This document shows, piece after piece, positions 61,485-64,000 of a stretch of DNA of 64,000 bases. The translations under genes and the position numbers were made by a program. Numbering within the stretch: the stretch's first letter is position 1; the number at the start of each line of letters is the position of its first letter. The notes below the pieces were generated by a model. The model was given only the letters and a program-made list of their open reading frames with translations, ran no database searches and was not told where the DNA came from. The stretch lies in the NCBI GenBank assembly GCA_030390025.1, contig CM059432.1, forward strand, positions 121,336,001-121,400,000, written 5' to 3'. This DNA comes from Squalus acanthias. Lineage: Eukaryota.

Positions 61485-62458
61485 CCACAGAATATCCAGC
61501 TTTTGACCTGATCTAGTAGCCATGGTATTTATGTGGTTGGTCCATTGTGTTACAGGTCAATGCTGATGCCTAGGGTGTTGATGGTGGGGGGACCTGGCAA
61601 TAGTCATGCCATTGAATGTCAAAGGGTGATGTAAAGGCTTTCTCTTGTTGGAGATGGTCATTACACGGCACTTGTGTGCCACTTATCAGACTAAGCCTCA
61701 ATGTAGTCCATGTCTTGCTGCTTTCAGGTATGGACTGCTTCACTCTCTGTTCATACCCACAAGCATTTATCTGGTCAGGACATACCTGGGCAAGTTTCCA
61801 CATTGTCGGGTAGATGCCAGTGTTGTAGCTTTACTGGAACAGCTAGGTTAGAGGCACAGCTAGTTCTGGAGCACAAGTCTTCAGCACTACATATGGGATG
61901 TTGTTGGGGCCTGTAGCCTTTGCTGTATCTTGTGTGCGCAGTTATTTCATGATATCACATGGAGTGAATCGAATTGGCTAAAGATTGTCATCTGTGATGG
62001 TGGAGACCTCAGGAACAGGCCGAGATGATCATTCATCAGACACTTCTGGCCAAAGATGATTGCAAACACTTCAGAATTTTCTGTTGTACTCACGTGTTGA
62101 GCTCCGCCATCATTGAGGATAGGGATGTTCATAGAGTCTCCTCCTCATGTTAGTTGCTTGATTGTCCATCACCATTCGTGACTGGATGTGGCTGGACTGC
62201 AGAGCTTTGATCTGATCCGTTGGTTGTGGGATCGCTTACCTCTGTCTATAGTATGCTACTTCCACTGTTTAGCGTGCATGTAGTCCTGCGTTGTAGCTTT
62301 ACCAGTTTGGCACCTCATTTTCAGGTACGCCTGGTGCTGTAACCGACATGCTCTTCCACACTACTCATTGAACCAGGGTTGGTCATCTGGGTTGATGGTG
62401 ATGGAGGAGTAAGGGACATATATACCATGAGGTTGCAGACTGTGGTTTTATACAAATC
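61485..62458 (-). mobile_element. Internal, deleted fragment of the tRNA-headed LINE family
   Basis: Colinear with about 32560-34075 with internal deletions. Confidence 0.88.
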
Positions 62459-62989
62459 TGGCTGCTTTTATCATAGAAGTGTAAAATCTCCTTAATACAC
62501 AAGTAGCAAACTCAGAAAATGTCTAATACCCAGCATTGCTGAAATCAGATCGAGCAACATCTGTCCCTTCATTCAGCAGTGAATCAGGATGATGAGCTGG
62601 CTTTGCTGCAGTGTTAATAGGATATCCTACACTTTTAGTTTAGATTTCATAGTTTGAAACCGGAATCAGTCAATATATTTCAAACTCCTATTATGCAAAA
62701 TAGCAGATTGAATATGCCATCTATAGTCAACTAATTGTTTATTTAATTCTGCTTTATTACTGTAATTAGTGTCTTGTTATACAGAATCGCAGTAATTGCA
62801 TTCTGTGGGTTTATATGCTAGTGTGTTTAGCAATTCCCCATGAATTCATTGTGCAAGCTTAAACAGGAGAGTAAACAGTAGGCAATTCCCAATCTTCTTA
62901 CAAAAATCAAATTATTGTTCATTTTTGTTTCAATGTCTCGGTCCTTCTTTGATGTTCAAGGGATTAAATGAGTCAGCAGTCTGAGACCA

Positions 62990-63578
62990 AGGGTAGATAT
63001 CTGTCTGGGCCTGTTTTTAGAGTATCGCACCCCAACCGAGTGGCCCAAGGCCAGCCTGAAATTGGGACTCAGGCCTCATTATCATTTCATGCGCGAGCTG
63101 CTGGCACCTGTTGTGCTTCCACAGGCAGCTCATGCATTTGAGGATCTGGAAAGGTAAGTCACGGGAGGGGCGTTGGAGCAGGCAACGACAGTGGAGGGGA
63201 CGTCTGTGGAGTCAGGTGAGCGCTCCAGCTCTTCCTGGCTCCACTGAAAAGTCTTTGTGAGCATTTGCATTAATGAAATTTACCTTTAGTTGGTGGCCCC
63301 AGTGGCCGGTGAAGAATCCTGAGCAGGGCAGTCCGAGCACTAGGCCTGCTATTGCTGCCCAATTTCTGTAAGGTGTTCTAAATCAGGGGTTAGGTGCCTT
63401 ATTTACATATGTAAGGTGCCTAACACCTGCTTTAGATGACTGCCAGGGATGCTTGAAAAATGTCTGGACTCAATTTCAGGTCAGACATTTTCCAGGCGTC
63501 TTTGGAGCACAGAATTGGGCCTCTTTGTGCCCGTCTTAGGCTGATAAAACAAGTGCAGCAAGGTTCAATCTCAAACCC
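62990..63578. mobile_element. Degenerate Harbinger-like MITE
   Basis: GGGTAGATAT...AATCTCAAACCC ends; internal AGGTAAGT...ATTTACCT. Confidence 0.45.
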
Positions 63579-63581
63579 TAA

Positions 63582-64000
63582 GGGGGAGAAATTTGTTTCC
63601 TTTGCGCCTCCCATTAGCGCCTCCGGGGGGGGCGATGACAGGGCGCTAAGGGCTTACCGACCAGGCGTGGCAAAATTACCGACGTCCGCGAACTTTCATG
63701 GTGGGTTAGCGCTGGCGCTAAAACTTACTGCCTCGATCTCCTGCGCCCTGGAGATCATGACGTCATCCGGTGCGCAGCGCCCCGTTATTGCCCTGGATGT
63801 AAAATTCGCTTCTGCCCCCTGCAGCATCGCTGGGTGTCAACAACAGCAGCTGCAGGAGGCGTTGTCACCTCGGCTGGCCGCTTGAGGAGCGCTAATTAAA
63901 GGCAGTGGTGGTCAGGTTGGCCAACATTTTATAATGTCCCCAGTGTGCTGTATTCTGATATTTTTTTCAGCCCGCGATTGATCAGCCCTGCACTCTCTTA
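63582..64000. mobile_element. Terminus of another Harbinger, running out of the window
   Basis: TAA then GGGGGAGAAATTT; TTTGCGCCTCC..TTAGCGCC block matches the reverse complement of the end of the 56017-60024 element. Confidence 0.7.

Overview
Vertebrate, almost certainly cartilaginous-fish (shark-type), intergenic or deep-intronic DNA. I found no host protein-coding exon; nearly all ORFs in the track come from transposons or are spurious. The window is a nested mosaic of: HER1-type CR1 LINEs and HE1 (V-domain) SINEs; Deu-domain (SacSINE1-like) SINEs; LF-SINE-like relics; L2 and RTE fragments; Penelope-like elements carrying minimal hammerhead ribozymes; two probable solo LTRs; and many PIF/Harbinger elements, from a near-complete two-gene copy (56017-60024) down to MITEs. 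The standout is a nearly full-length CR1-group LINE (31712-37166, minus strand). It starts with a tRNA-like A/B-box (Pol III-type) head, has no ORF1, and encodes one EN-RT ORF. Its sense strand is almost free of TTTT Pol III terminators, and a SINE-like internal-deletion derivative lies at about 5961-6426. This suggests a Pol III-transcribed, protein-coding retrotransposon. Family names are from recall of consensus motifs, not database searches; coordinates were read by eye.
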